Assembly (NCBI RefSeq): GCF_009914755.1
Contig: NC_060948.1
Strand: one strand, 5' to 3'
Length of the DNA stretch: 64,000 nucleotides
Source of the DNA: the human T2T-CHM13v2.0 reference genome, Homo sapiens
The position numbers were made by a program, and so were the translations under genes. The notes under the pieces are model-generated. The model made no database searches, was not told the DNA's origin, and saw only the letters and a list, made by a program, of their open reading frames with translations. Below are positions 1 to 16,878 of the stretch, one piece after another (the stretch's first letter is position 1; every line of letters begins with the position of its first letter).

Positions 1-242
1 CGCCATCTTTGCTCACTGCAACTTCTGCCTCACGGGTCCAAGCGATTGTCCTCCCTCGGCCTCCCAGGTAGCTGGGACTACACCACACTGGGACTACACC
101 AGCTGCCACCATGCCTAGCTAATTTTTTGGATTTTTAGTAGTGACAGCGTTTCACTGTATTGGCCAGGATGGTCTTGATCTCTTCACCTTGTGATCCCCT
201 TGCCTTGGCCTCCAAATTTGCTGGGATTACAGGCCTGAGCCA
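1..242 (-). mobile_element. Alu (antisense, cut by window start), DYZ2 unit 1
   Basis: GCTCACTGCAAC...GTAGCTGGGACTACA...ATTTTTAGTAG...GGCCAGGATGGTCT...GCTGGGATTACAGGCCTGAGCCA is the Alu reverse complement. Confidence 0.93.
72..101. repeat. Internal direct duplication within the DYZ2 Alu (CTGGGACTACACCA-CA-CTGGGACTACACCA)
   Basis: 14-mer at 72-85 and 88-101. The Alu consensus has a single CTGGGACTACA. Present in all 25 copies. Confidence 0.9.
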
Positions 243-810
243 AGATCCATATTTTTTAAATGAAAAAAAATTTCAAAGGTACTCTGCTTGGTACAATAAT
301 CAAATGTATAAACTGAGGAATAAAACATAACCATGAAACCTACTTATAACTGCATATGGAAAATACAGAGGATAATTTTTTAAATAACATATTTTGAAAG
401 CCTTAACTAGTAATTTGAAGAGCTGGCATTTGAAAGGCCAGTATGAATATACCTTCAAAGCAGCAACACAGGTTCCCCATGAGAAAAAGCAAACACAGGG
501 AAAATAAAAACACAAAGGTTCAATCTCTTCTGACCTTTGAAAGACACAGCACAGACAGTGGTCCTTAGGACGAAGAGCAGGAGACCCCTAATTCCGTCAC
601 CATGGCGATAGGGCATAAACATTGCTGGGTGAGGGCACAATCCACATTGTGAGGTCCAACTGCTGCCAGGAAGACAGGAGTGCTGTTACATAGACCGAAA
701 GGTCATTGAAGGCTCAGAGTTTTGTTTCAAGAACTGAATCCCAAGCCCACACGTTATTAGGCTGCGCTTCTTAAAACAAGTTATGAGATGGGAAAAAGGG
801 CACCCACAAA
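243..810. repeat. HSATI core of DYZ2 unit 1 (representative; follows each Alu copy)
   Basis: ~570-bp mixed-composition segment between the Alu 5' end and the AT-rich domain, near-identical in units 1-23 and more diverged in 24-25. Boundaries are approximate. Confidence 0.85.
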
Positions 811-2370
811 CATACGTATACATTACGTATATAATAATATACAGTATCATATATATAATATATATAACCTATGTATAATATTGTTTTACATCCTGCATCT
901 TATGTTATATATATTGTATAAAATATAATAATTGATAATATATAAGTTTTATAATTATACAATATGACATATAGTATATATTATAATTTAAGACATATAT
1001 AATATATGTTATATATCATATATAGAATATATTATACGGTTAATATACGTATTAAATATAAATTATACATTATATATATTATATATAATATATCTGTTAT
1101 ATATAATACCCATTATGCATAATATATATATTATGTCTATGTTATATATAGTATAAAACAACATATAATAATATATAATTGTATATATAAAATGCGACAT
1201 ATAATATATATTATATTTTATAACATATGTAATATATATTATATATTATATATAATACGTTGTATGTATAATACCTATATTAAATACATATTATATGACT
1301 ATGTTATTAATTACATGTCACATGTGTTATATATTATATATTTTACATAGAATATACCGGTTACATAGAATATATACTATGTTACCTATAATGTATAATT
1401 TATTACATGTAAAATAAAGAATGCAATATATTATGTAAAATTTATAATATACCATATGTGGAATGTGATATATATAACATATAATATATGATATGTGATA
1501 TACAGTATATGATATATAACATACAATATATGATTCCTAATATATATGGTATACAATATATATTTTATGATATGTATTCTATATGTTTTATATTCTGTTA
1601 TATATAACTATTTGAAATTATATATAACTGTATAATATTTTATGTAAATATGTAATATAATATATATAACTATATAATATATTATATATAACTATATATT
1701 ATGTTATATATACTTTTATAACATAATTTACATAAAATATCATAATATAATATATATTATATTATTTCATATTACATAATATATATTACATATCACCCAA
1801 TATAACTAACATACATAATATTATAATATAGATTATATTATGTTATATTAAATATCATATATATCATGTATCATATATTCTATAATATATATTACACATT
1901 ATATAATATGTATGTTGTCTATTATGTGATATATGTAACTATATATATAATTATATTTTTATACATATAACTAGATAAACATGTAATTCTACATATTTTC
2001 ATTTATAATATGTAGAATTATATAATCATATATAATTATTTATATTCTATAAAAAATTTTATCATTATATAAATTATAATATATAAAAATTATAATATGT
2101 ACTACAAATATATATATTATATATCATATATGCTATAGTACCTTTGTTATATATCATAATACATATAAATGTGTATTATGTTATCTATAATTATATAATT
2201 TCATATATAAGTTGTATAATATGTATCATATATTATATATGTTATGTAATATATATAGTATATATAAGATGACACAGGATAAATATTATATACTATGACA
2301 TATAAAATATATGAGGTTATATGTTACATATAAGGCATAGCACATAACATGTAATATATATCATATATAA
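811..2370. repeat. AT-rich low-complexity domain of DYZ2 unit 1 (representative)
   Basis: ~1560 bp of degenerate (TA)n/TATAA/CATAT sequence, copied with fixed sequence in each unit. Confidence 0.92.
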
Positions 2371-2662
2371 TTTTTTTTTAGACAGAATCTTGTCCTGTTG
2401 CACAGGGTGGGGTACAATGGCGCCATCTTTGCTCACTGCAACTTCTGCCTCACGGGTCCAAGCGATTGTCCTCCCTCGGCCTCCCAGGTAGCTGGGACTA
2501 CACCACACTGGGACTACACCAGCTGCCACCATGCCTAGCTAATTTTTTGGATTTTTAGTAGTGACAGCGTTTCACTGTATTGGCCAGGATGGTCTTGATC
2601 TCTTCACCTTGTGATCCCCTTGCCTTGGCCTCCAAATTTGCTGGGATTACAGGCCTGAGCCA
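2371..2662 (-). mobile_element. Alu (antisense, near full length, ~12 bp of 5' end missing or degenerate), unit 2
   Basis: T9 tail, then AGACAGAATCT ... GGATTACAGGCCTGAGCCA. Amplified passively with the satellite. Confidence 0.93.
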
Positions 2663-4767
2663 AGATCCATATTTTGTAAATGAAAAAAAATTTCAAAGGT
2701 ACTCTGCTTGGTACAATAATCAAATGTATAAACTGAGGAATAAAACATAACCATGAAACCTACTTATAACTGCATATGGAAAATACAGAGGATAATTTTT
2801 TAAATAACATATTTTGAAAGCCTTAACTAGTAATTTGAAGAGTTGGCATTTGAAAGGCCAGTATGAATATAACTTCAAAGCAGCAACACAGGTTCCCCAT
2901 GAGAAAAAGCAAACACAGGGAAAATAAAAACACAAAGGTTCAATCTCTTCTGACCTTTGAAAGACACAGCACAGACAGTGGTCCTTAGGACGAAGAGCAG
3001 GAGACCCCTAATTCCGTCACCATGGCGATAGGGCATAAACATTGCTGGGTGAGGGCACAATCCACATTGTGAGGTCCAACTGCTGCCAGGAAGACAGGAG
3101 TGCTTTTACATAGACCGAAAGGTCATTGAAGGCTCAGAGTTTTGTTTCAAGAACTGAATCCCAAGCCCACACGTTATTAGGCTGCGCTTCTTAAAACAAG
3201 TTATGAGATGGGAAAAAGGGCACCCACAAACATACGTATACATTATGTATATAATAATATACAGTATCATATATATACTATATATAACCTATGTATAATA
3301 TTGTTTTACATCCTGCATCTTATGTTATATATATTGTATAAAATATAATAATTGATAATATATAAGTTTTATAATTATACAATATGACATATAGTATATA
3401 TTATAATTTATGACATATATAATATATGTTATATATCATATATAGAATATATTATACGGTTAATATACGTATTAAATATAAATTATACATTATATATATT
3501 ATATATAATATATCTGTTATATATAATACCCATTATGCATAATATATATATTATGTCTATGTTATATATAGTATAAAACAACATATAATAATATATAATT
3601 GTATATATAAAATGCGACATATAATATATATTATATTTTATAACATATGTAATATATATTATATATTATATATAATACGTTGTATGTATAATACCTATAT
3701 TAAATACATATTATATGACTATGTTATTAATTATATGTCACATGTGTTATATATTATATATTTTACATAGAATATACCGGTTACATACAATATATACTAT
3801 GTTACCTATAATGTATAATTTATTACATGTAAAATAAGGAATGCAATATATTATGTATAATTTATAATATACCATATGTGGAATGTGATATATATAACAT
3901 ATAATATATGATATATGATATACAGTATATGATATATAACATACAATATATGATTCCTAATATATATGGTATACAATATATATTTTATGATATGTATTCT
4001 ATATGTTTTATATTCTGTTATATATAACTATTTGAAATTATATATAACTGTATAATATTTTATGTAAATATGTAATATAATATATATAACTATATAATAT
4101 ATTATATATAACTATATATTATGTTATATATACTTTTATAACATAATTTACATAAAATATCATAATATAATATATATTATATTATTTCATATTACATAAT
4201 ATATATTACATATCAACCAATATAACTAACATACATAATATTATAATATAGATTACATTATGTTATATTAAATATCATATATATCATGTATCATATATTC
4301 TATAATATATATGACACATTATATAATATGTATGTTGTCTATTATGTGATATATATAACTATATATATAATTATATTTTTATACATATAACTAGATAAAC
4401 ATGTGATTCTTCGTATTTTCATTTATAATATGTAGAATTATATAATCATATATAATTATTTATATTCTATAAAAAATTTTATCATTATATAAATTATAAT
4501 ATATAAAAATTATAATATGTACTACAAATATATATATTATATATCATATATGATATAGTACCTTTGTTATATTTCATAATACATATAAATGTGTATTATG
4601 TTATCTATAATTATATAATTTCATTTATAAGATGTATAATATGTATCATATATTATATATGTTATGTAATATATATAGTATATATAAGATGACACAGGAT
4701 AAATATTATATACTATGACATATAAAATATATGAGGTTATATGTTACATATAAGGCATAGCACATAA

Positions 4768-5082
<315 letters not shown>

Positions 5083-7210
5083 AGATCCATATTTTGTAAA
5101 TGAAAAAAAATTTCAAAGGTACTCTGCTTGGTACAATAATCAAATGTATAAACTGAGGAATAAAACATAACCATGAAACCTACTTATAACTGCATATGGA
5201 AAATACAGAGGATAATTTTTTAAATAACATATTTTGAAAGCCTTAACTAGTAATTTGAAGAGTTGGCATTTGAAAGGCCAGTATGAATATACCTTCAAAG
5301 CAGCAACACAGGTTCCCCATGAGAAAAAGCAAACACAGGGAAAATAAAAACACAAAGGTTCAATCTCTTCTGACCTTTGAAAGACACAGCACAGACAGTG
5401 GTCCTTAGGACGAAGAGCAGGAGACCCCTAATTCCGTCACCATGGCGATAGGGCATAAACATTGCTGGGTGAGGGCACAATCCACATTGTGAGGTCCAAC
5501 TGCTGCCAGGAAGACAGGAGTGCTTTTACATAGACCGAAAGGTCATTGAAGGCTCAGAGTTTTGTTTCAAGAACTGAATCCCAAGCCCACACGTTATTAG
5601 GCTGCGCTTCTTAAAACAAGTTATGAGATGGGAAAAAGGGCACCCACGAACATACGTATACATTATGTATATAATAATATACAGTATCATATATATAATA
5701 TATATAACCTATGTATAATATTGTTTTACATCCTGCATCTTATGTTATATATATTGTATAAAATATAATAATTGATAATATATAAGTTTTATAATTATAC
5801 AATATGACATATAGTATATATTATAATTTATGACATATATAATATATGTTATATATCATATATAGAATATATTATACGGTTAATATACGTATTAAATATA
5901 AATTATACCTTATATATATTATATATAATATATCTGTTATATATAATACCCATTATGCATAATATATATATTATGTCTATGTTATATATAGTATAAAACA
6001 ACATATAATAATATATAATTGTATATATAAAATGCGACATATAATATATATTATATTTTATAACATATGTAATATATATTATATATTATATATAATACGT
6101 TGTATGTATAATACCTATATTAAATATATATTATATGACTCTGTTATTAATTACATGTCACATGTGTTATATATTATATATTTTACATAGAATATACCGG
6201 TAACATACAATATATACTATGTTACCTATAATGTATAATTTATTACATGTAAAATAAAGAATGCAATATATTATGTATAATTTATAATATACAATATGTG
6301 GAATGTGATATATGTAACATATAATATATGATATATGATATAGAGTATATGATATATAACATACAATATATGATTCCTAATATATATGGTATACAATATA
6401 TATTTTATGATATGTATTCTCTATGTTTTATATTCTGTTATATATAACTATTTGAAATTATATATAACTGTATAATATTTTATGTAAATATGTAATATAA
6501 TATATATAACTATATAATATATTATATATAACTATATATTATGTTATATATACTTTTATAACATAATTTACATAAAATATCATAATATAATATATATTAT
6601 ATTATTTCATATTACATAATATATATTACATATCACCCAATATAACTAACATACATAATATTATAATATAGATTATATTATGTTATATTAAATATCATAT
6701 ATATCATGTATCATATATTCTATAATATGTATTACACATTATATAATATGTATGTTGTCTATTATGTGATATATATAACTATATATATAATTATATTTTT
6801 ATACATATAACTAGATAAACATGTAATTCTACATATTTTCATTTATAATATGTAGAATTATATAATCATATATAATTATTTATATTCTATAAAAAATTTT
6901 ATCATTATATAAATTATAATATATAAAAATTATAATATGTACTACAAATATATATATTATATATCATATATGATATAGTACCTTTGTTATATTTCATAAT
7001 ACATATAAATGTGTATTATGTTATCTATAATTATATAATTTCATATATAAGATGTATAATATGTATCATATATTATATATGTTATGTAATATATATAGTA
7101 TATATAAGATGACACATGATAAATATTGTATACTATGACATATAAAATATATGAGGTTATATGTTACATATAAGGCATAGCACATAACATGTAATATATA
7201 TCATATATAA

Positions 7211-7501
7211 TTTTTTTTTAGACAGAATCTTGTCCTGTTGCACAGGGTGGGGTACAATGGCGCCATCTTTGCTCACTGCAACTTCTGCCTCATGGGTCCA
7301 AGCGATTGTCCTCCCTCAGCCTCCCAGGTAGCTGGGACTACACCACACTGGGACTACACCAGCTGCCACCATGCCTAGCTAATTTTTTGGATTTTTAGTA
7401 GTGACAGCGTTTCACTGTATTGGCCAGGATGGTCTTGATCTCTTCACCTTGTGATCCCCTTGCTTGGCCTCCAAATTTGCTGGGATTACAGGCCTGAGCC
7501 A
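7211..7501 (-). mobile_element. Alu, DYZ2 unit 4
   Basis: Same sequence, with a 1-bp deletion (TGCTTGGCC). Confidence 0.93.
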
Positions 7502-9597
7502 AGATCCATATTTTTTAAATGAAAAAAAATTTCAAAGGTACTCTGCTTGGTACAATAATCAAATGTATAAACTGAGGAATAAAACATAACCATGAAACCT
7601 ACTTATAACTGCATATGGAAAATACAGAGGATAATTTTTTAAATAACATATTTTGAAAGCCTTAACTAGTAATTTGAAGAGCTGGCATTTGAAAGGCCAG
7701 TATGAATATACCTTCAAAGCAGCAACACAGGTTCCCCATGAGAAAAAGCAAACACAGGGAAAATAAAAACACAAAGGTTCAATCTCTTCTGACCTTTGAA
7801 AGACACAGCACAGACAGTGGTCCTTAGGACGAAGAGCAGGAGACCCCTAATTCCGTCACCATGGCGATAGGGCATAAACATTGCTGGGTGAGGGCAAAAT
7901 CCACATTGTGAGGTCCAACTGCTGCCAGGAGGACAGGAGTGCTTTTACATAGACCGAAAGGTCATTGAAGGCTCAGAGTTTTGTTTCAAGAACTGAATCC
8001 CAAGCCCACACGTTATTAGGCTGCGCTTCTTAAAACAAGTTATGAGATGGGAAAAAGGGCACCCACAAACATACGTATACATTATGTATATAATAATATA
8101 CAGTATCATATATATAATATATATAACCTATGTATAATATTGTTTTACATCCTGCATCTTATGTTATATATATTGTATAAAATATAATAATTGATAATAT
8201 ATAAGTTTTATAATTATACAATATGACATATAGTATATATTATAATTTATGACATATATAATATATGTTATATATCATATATAGAATATATTATACGGTT
8301 AATATACGTATTAAATATAAATTATACATTATATATATTATATATAATATATCTGTTATATATAATACCCATTATGCATAATATATATATTATGTCTATG
8401 TTATATATAGTATAAAACAACATATAATAATATATAATTGTATATATAAAATGCGACATAGAATATATATTATATTTTATAACATATGTAATATATATTA
8501 TATATAATACGTTGTATGTATAATACCTATATTAAATATATATTATATGACTATGTTATTAATTACATGTCACATGTGTTATATATTATATATTTTACAT
8601 AGAATATACCGGTTACATACAATATATACTATGTTACCTATAATGTATATTTTATTACATGTAAAATAAAGAATGCAATATATTATGTATAATTTATAAT
8701 ATACAATATGTGGAATGTGATATATGTAATATATAATATATGATATATGATATACAGTATATGATATATAACATACAATATATGATTCCTAATATATATG
8801 GTATACAATATATATTTTATGATATGTATTCTATATGTTTTATATTCTGTTATATATAACTATTTGAAATTATATATAACTGTATAATATTTTATGTAAA
8901 TATGTAATGTAATATATAACTATATAATATATTATATATAACTATATATTATGTTATATATACTTTTATAACATAATTTACATAAAATATCATAATATAA
9001 TATATATTATATTATTTCATATTACATAATATATATTACATATCAACCAATATAACTAACATACATAATATTATAATATAGATTATATTATGTTATATTA
9101 AATATCATATATATCATGTATCATATATTCTATAATATATATTGCACATTATATAATATGTATGTTGTCTATTATGTGATATATATAACTATATATATAA
9201 TTATATTTTTATACATATAACTGGATAAACATGTAATTCTACATATTTTCATTTATAATATGTAGAATTATATAATCATATATAATTATTTATATTCTAT
9301 AAAAAATTTTATCATTATATAAATTATAATATATAAAAATTATAATATGTACTACAAATATATATATTATATATCATATATGATATAGTACCTTTGTTAT
9401 ATTTCATAATACATATAAATGTGTATTATGTTATCTATAATTATATAATTTCATATATAAGGTGTATAATATATATCATATATTATATATGTTATGTAAT
9501 ATATATAGTATATATAAGATGACACAGGATAAATATTATATACTATGACATATAAAATATATGAGGTTATATGTTACATATAAGGCATAGCACATAA

Positions 9598-9912
<315 letters not shown>

Positions 9913-12015
9913 AGATCCATATTTTTTAAATGAAAAAAAATTTCAAACTTACTCTGCTTGGTACAATAATCAAATGTATAAACTGAGGAATAAAACATAA
10001 CCATGAAACCTACTTATAACTGCATATGGAAAATACAGAGGATAATTTTTTAAATAACATATTTTGAAAGCCTTAACTAGTAATTTGAAGAGTTGGCATT
10101 TGAAAGGCCAGTATGAATATACCTTCAAAGCAGCAACACAGGTTCCCCATGAGAAAAAGCAAACACAGGGAAAATAAAAACACAAAGGTTCAATCTCTTC
10201 TGACCTTTGAAAGACACAGCACAGACAGTGGTCCTTAGGACGAAGAGCAGGAGACCCCTAATTCCGTCACCATGGCGATAGGGCATAAACATTGCTGGGT
10301 GAGGGCACAATCCACATTGTGAGGTCCAACTGCTGCCAGGAAGACAGGAGTGCTTTTACATAGACCGAAAGGTCATTGAAGGCTCAGAGTTTTGTTTCAA
10401 GAACTGAATCCCAAGCCCACACGTTATTAGGCTGCGCTTCTTAAAACAAGTTATGAGATGGGAAAAAGGGCACCCACAAACATACGTATACATTATGTAT
10501 ATAATAATATACAGTATCATATATATACTATATATAACCTATGTATAATATTGTTTTACATCCTGCATCTTATGTTATATATATTGTATAAAATATAATA
10601 ATTGATAATATATAAGTTTTATAAATATACAATATGACATATAGTATATATTATAATTTATGACATATATAATATATGTTATATATCATATATAGAATAT
10701 ATTATACGGTTAATATACGTATTAAATATAAATTATACCTTATATATATTATATATAATATATCTGTTATATATAATACCCATTATGCATAATATATATA
10801 TTATGTCTATGTTATATATAGTATAAAACAACATATAATAATATATAATTGTATATATAAAATGCGACATATAATATATATTATATTTTATAACATATGT
10901 AATATATATTATATATTATATATAATACGTTGTATGTATAATACCTATATTAAATATATATTATATGACTCTGTTATTAATTACATGTCACATGTGTTAT
11001 ATATTATATATTTTACATAGAATATACCGGTAACATACAATATATACTATGTTACCTATAATGTATAATTTATTACATGTAAAATAAAGAATGCAATATA
11101 TTATGTATAATTTATAATATACAATATGTGGAATGTGATATATGTAACATATAATATATGATATATGATATACAGTATATGATATATAACATACAATATA
11201 TGATTCCTAATATATATGGTATACAATATATATTTTATGATATGTATTCTATATGTTTTATATTCTGTTATATATAACTATTTGAAATTATATATAACTG
11301 TATAATATTTTATGTAAATATGTAATGTAATATATAACTATATAATATATTATATATAACTATATATTATGTTATATATACTTTTATAACATAATTTACA
11401 TAAAATATCATAATATAATATATATTATATTATTTCATATTACATAATATATATTACATATCAACCAATATAACTAACATACATAATATTATAATATAGA
11501 TTATATTATGTTATATTAAATATCATATATACCATGTATCATATGTTCTATAATATATATTACACATTATATAATATGTATGTTGTCTATTATGTGATAT
11601 ATATAACTATATATATAATTATATTTTTATACATATAACTAGATAAACATGTAATTCTAAATATTTTCATTTATAATATGTAGAATTATATAATCATATA
11701 TAATTATTTATATTCTATAAAAAATTTTATCATTATATAAATTATAATATATAAAAATTATAATATGTACTACAAATATATATATTATATATCATATATG
11801 ATATAGTACCTTTGTTATATATCATAATACATATAAATGTGTATTATGTTATCTATAATTATATAATTTCATATATAAGATGTATAATATGTATCATATA
11901 TTATATATGTTATGTAATATATATAGTATATATAAGATGACACAGGATAAATATTATATACTATGACATATAAAATATATGAGGTTATATGTTACATATA
12001 AGGCATAGCACATAA

Positions 12016-12330
<315 letters not shown>

Positions 12331-14435
12331 AGATCCATATTTTTTAAATGAAAAAAAATTTCAAAGGTACTCTGCTTGGTACAATAATCAAATGTATAAA
12401 CTGAGGAATAAAACATAACCATGAAACCTACTTATAACTGCATATGGAAAATACAGAGGATAATTTTTTAAATAACATATTTTGAAAGCCTTAACTAGTA
12501 ATTTGAAGAGCTGGCATTTGAAATGCCAGTATGAATATACCTTCAAATCAGCAACACAGGTTCCCCATGAGAAAAAGCAAACACAGGGAAAATAAAAACA
12601 CAAAGGTTCAATCTCTTCTGACCTTTGAAAGACACAGCACAGACAGTGGTCCTTAGGACGAAGAGCAGGAGACCCCTAATTCCGTCACCATGGCGATAGG
12701 GCATAAACATTGCTGGGTGAGGGCACAATCCACATTGTGAGGTCCAACTGCTGCCAGGAAGACAGGAGTGCTTTTACATAGACCGAAAGGTCATTGAAGG
12801 CTCAGAGTTTTGTTTCAAGAACTGAATCCCAAGCCCACACGTTATTAGGCTGCGCTTCTTAAAACAAGTTATGAGATGGGAAAAAGGGCACCCACAAACA
12901 TACGTATACTTTATGTATATAATAATATACAGTGTCATATATTTAATATATATAACCTATGTATAATATTGTTTTACATCCTGCATCTTATGTTATATAT
13001 ATTGTATAAAATATAATAATTGATAATATATAAGTTTTATAATTATACAATATGACATATAGTATATATTATAATTTATGACATATATAATATATGTTAT
13101 ATGTCATATATAGAATATATTATACGGTTAATATACGTATTAAATATAAATTATACATTATATATATTATATATAATATATCTGTTATATATAATACCCA
13201 TTATGCATAATATATATATTATGTCTATGTTATATATAGTATAAAACAACATATAATAATATATAATTGTATATATAAAATGCGACATATAATATATATT
13301 ATATTTTATAACATATGTAATATATATTATATATTATATATAATACATTGTATGTATAATACCTATATTAAATATATATTATATGACTATGTTATTAATT
13401 ACATGTCACATGTGTTATATATTATATATTTTACATAGAATATACCGGTTACATACAATATATACTATGTTACCTATAATGTATATTTTATTACATGTAA
13501 AATAAAGAATGCAATATATTATGTATAATTTATAATATACCATATGTGGAATGTGATATATATAACATATAATATATGATATATGATATACAGTATATGA
13601 TATATAACATACGATATATGATTCCTAATATATATGTTATACAATATATATTTTATGATATGTATTCTATATGTTTTATATTCTGTTATATATAACTATT
13701 TGAAATTATATATAACTGTATAATATTTTATGTAAATATGTAATATAATATATATAACTATATAATATATTATATATAACTATATATTATGTTATATATA
13801 CTTTCATAACATAATTTACATAAAATATCATAATATAATATATATTATATTATTTCATATTACATAATATATATTACATATCACCCAATATAACTAACAT
13901 ACATAATATTATAATATAGACTATATTATGTTATATTAAATATCATATAAATCATGTATCATATATTCTATAATATATATTACACATTATATAATATGTA
14001 TGTTGTCTATTATGTGATATATATAACTATATATATAATTATATTTTTATACATATAACTAGATAAACATGTAATTCTACATATTTTCATTTATAATATG
14101 TAGAATTATATAATCATATATAATTATTAATATTCTATAAAAAATTTTATCATTACATAAATTATAATATATAAAAATTATAATATGTACTACAAATATA
14201 TATATTATATATCATATATGATATAGTACCTTTGTTATATATCATAATACATATAAATGTGTATTATGTTATCTATAATTATATAATTTCATATATAAGA
14301 TGTATAATATGTATCATATATTATATATGTTATGTAATATATATAGTATATATAAGATGACACAGGATAAATATTATATACTATGACATATAAAATATAT
14401 GAGGTTATATGTTACATATAAGGCATAGCACATAA

Positions 14436-14750
<315 letters not shown>

Positions 14751-16878
14751 AGATCCATATTTTTTAAATGAAAAAAAATTTCAAACGTACTCTGCTTGGT
14801 ACAATAATCAAATGTATAAACTGAGGAATAAAACATAACCATGAAACCTACTTATAACTGCATATGGAAAATACAGAGGATAATTTTTTAAATAACATAT
14901 TTTGAAAGCCTTAACTAGTAATTTGAAGAGTTGGCATTTGAAAGGCCAGTATGAATATACCTTCAAAGCAGCAACACAGGTTCCCCATGAGAAAAAGCAA
15001 ACACAGGGAAAATAAAAACACAAAGGTTCAATCTCTTCTGACCTTTGAGAGACACAGCAGAGACAGTGGTCCTTAGGACGAAGAGCAGGAGACCCCTAAT
15101 TCCGTCACCATGGCGATAGGGCATAAACATTGCTGGGTGAGGGCACAATCCACATTGTGAGGTCCAACTGCTGCCAGGAAGACAGGAGTGCTTTTACATA
15201 GACCGAAAGGTCATTGAAGGCTCAGAGTTTTGTTTCAAGAACTGAATCCCAAGCCCACACGTTATTAGGCTGCGCTTCTTAAAACAAGTTATGAGATGGG
15301 AAAAAGGGCACCCACAAACATACGTATACATTATGTATATAATAATATACAGTATCATATATATAATATATATAACCTATGTATAATATTGTTTTACATT
15401 CTGCATCTTATGTTATATATATTGTATAAAATATAATAATTGATAATATGTAAGTTTTATAATTATACAATATGACATATAGTATATATTATAATTTATG
15501 ACATATATAATATATGTTATATATCATATATAGAATATATTATACGGTTAATATACGTATTAAATATAAATTATACGTTATATATATTATATATAATATA
15601 TCTGTTATATATAATACCCATTATGCATAATATATATATTATGTCTATGTTATATATAGTATAAAACAACATATAATAATATATAATTGTATATATAAAA
15701 TGCGACATATAATATATATTATATTTTATAACATATGTAATATATATTATATATTATATATAATACGTTGTATGTATAATACCTATATTAAATATATATT
15801 ATATGACTATGTTATTAATTACATGTCACATGCGTTATATATTATATATTTTACATAGAATATACCGGTTACATACAATATATACTATGTTACCTATAAT
15901 GTATAATTTCTTACATGTAAAATAAAGAATGCAATATACTATGTATAATTTATAATATACCATATGTGGAATGTGATATATATAACATATAATATATGAT
16001 ATATGATATACAGTATATGATATATAACATACGATATATAATTCCTAATATATACGGTATACAATATATATTTTATGATATGTATTCTATATGTTTTATA
16101 TTCTGTTATATATAACTATTTGAAATTATATATAACTGTATAATATTTTATGTAAATATGTAATATAATATATATAACTATATAATATATTATATATAAC
16201 TATATATTATGTTATATATACTTTTATAACATAATTTACATAAAATATCATAATATAATACATATTATATTATTTCATATTACATAATATATATTACATA
16301 TCACCCAATATAACTAACATACATAATATTATAATATAGATTATATTGTGTTATATTAAATATCATATATATCATGTATCATATATTCTATAATATATAT
16401 TACACATTATATAATATGTATGTTGTCTATTAGGTGATATATATAACTATATATATAATTATATTTTTATACATATAACTAGATAAACATGTAATTCTAC
16501 ATATTTTCATTTATAATATGTAGAAATATATAATCATATATAATTATTTATATTCTATAAAAAATTTTATCATTATATAAATTATAATATATAAAAATTA
16601 TAATATGTACTACAAATATATATATTATATATCATATATGATATAGTACCTTTGTTATATATCATAATACATATAAATGTGTATTATGATATCTATAATT
16701 ATATAATTTCATATATAAGATGTATAATATGTATCATATATTATATATGTTATGTAATATATATAGTATATATAAGATGACACAGGATAAATATTATATA
16801 CTATGACATATAAAATATATCAGGTTATATGTTACATATAAGGCATAGCACATAAAATGTAATATGTATCATATATAA

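Noticed and set aside
319-508. AATAAA hexamers in the core and TATA-like boxes throughout the AT domain
   Set aside because: Expected from base composition; no associated transcription unit is visible.
596-652. Strong Kozak context GTCACCATGG opening MAIGHKHCWVRAQSTL*
   Set aside because: Only 16 codons, with no promoter or splice evidence; expected by chance. The similar GCCACCATG in the Alu is CpG decay and is followed by a stop after 3 codons.
811-2370. Long PATRR-type palindrome in the AT-rich domain
   Set aside because: I found only short local palindromes (up to ~18 bp) and no several-hundred-bp inverted arms by eye. An einverted or Inverted Repeats Finder run would settle it.
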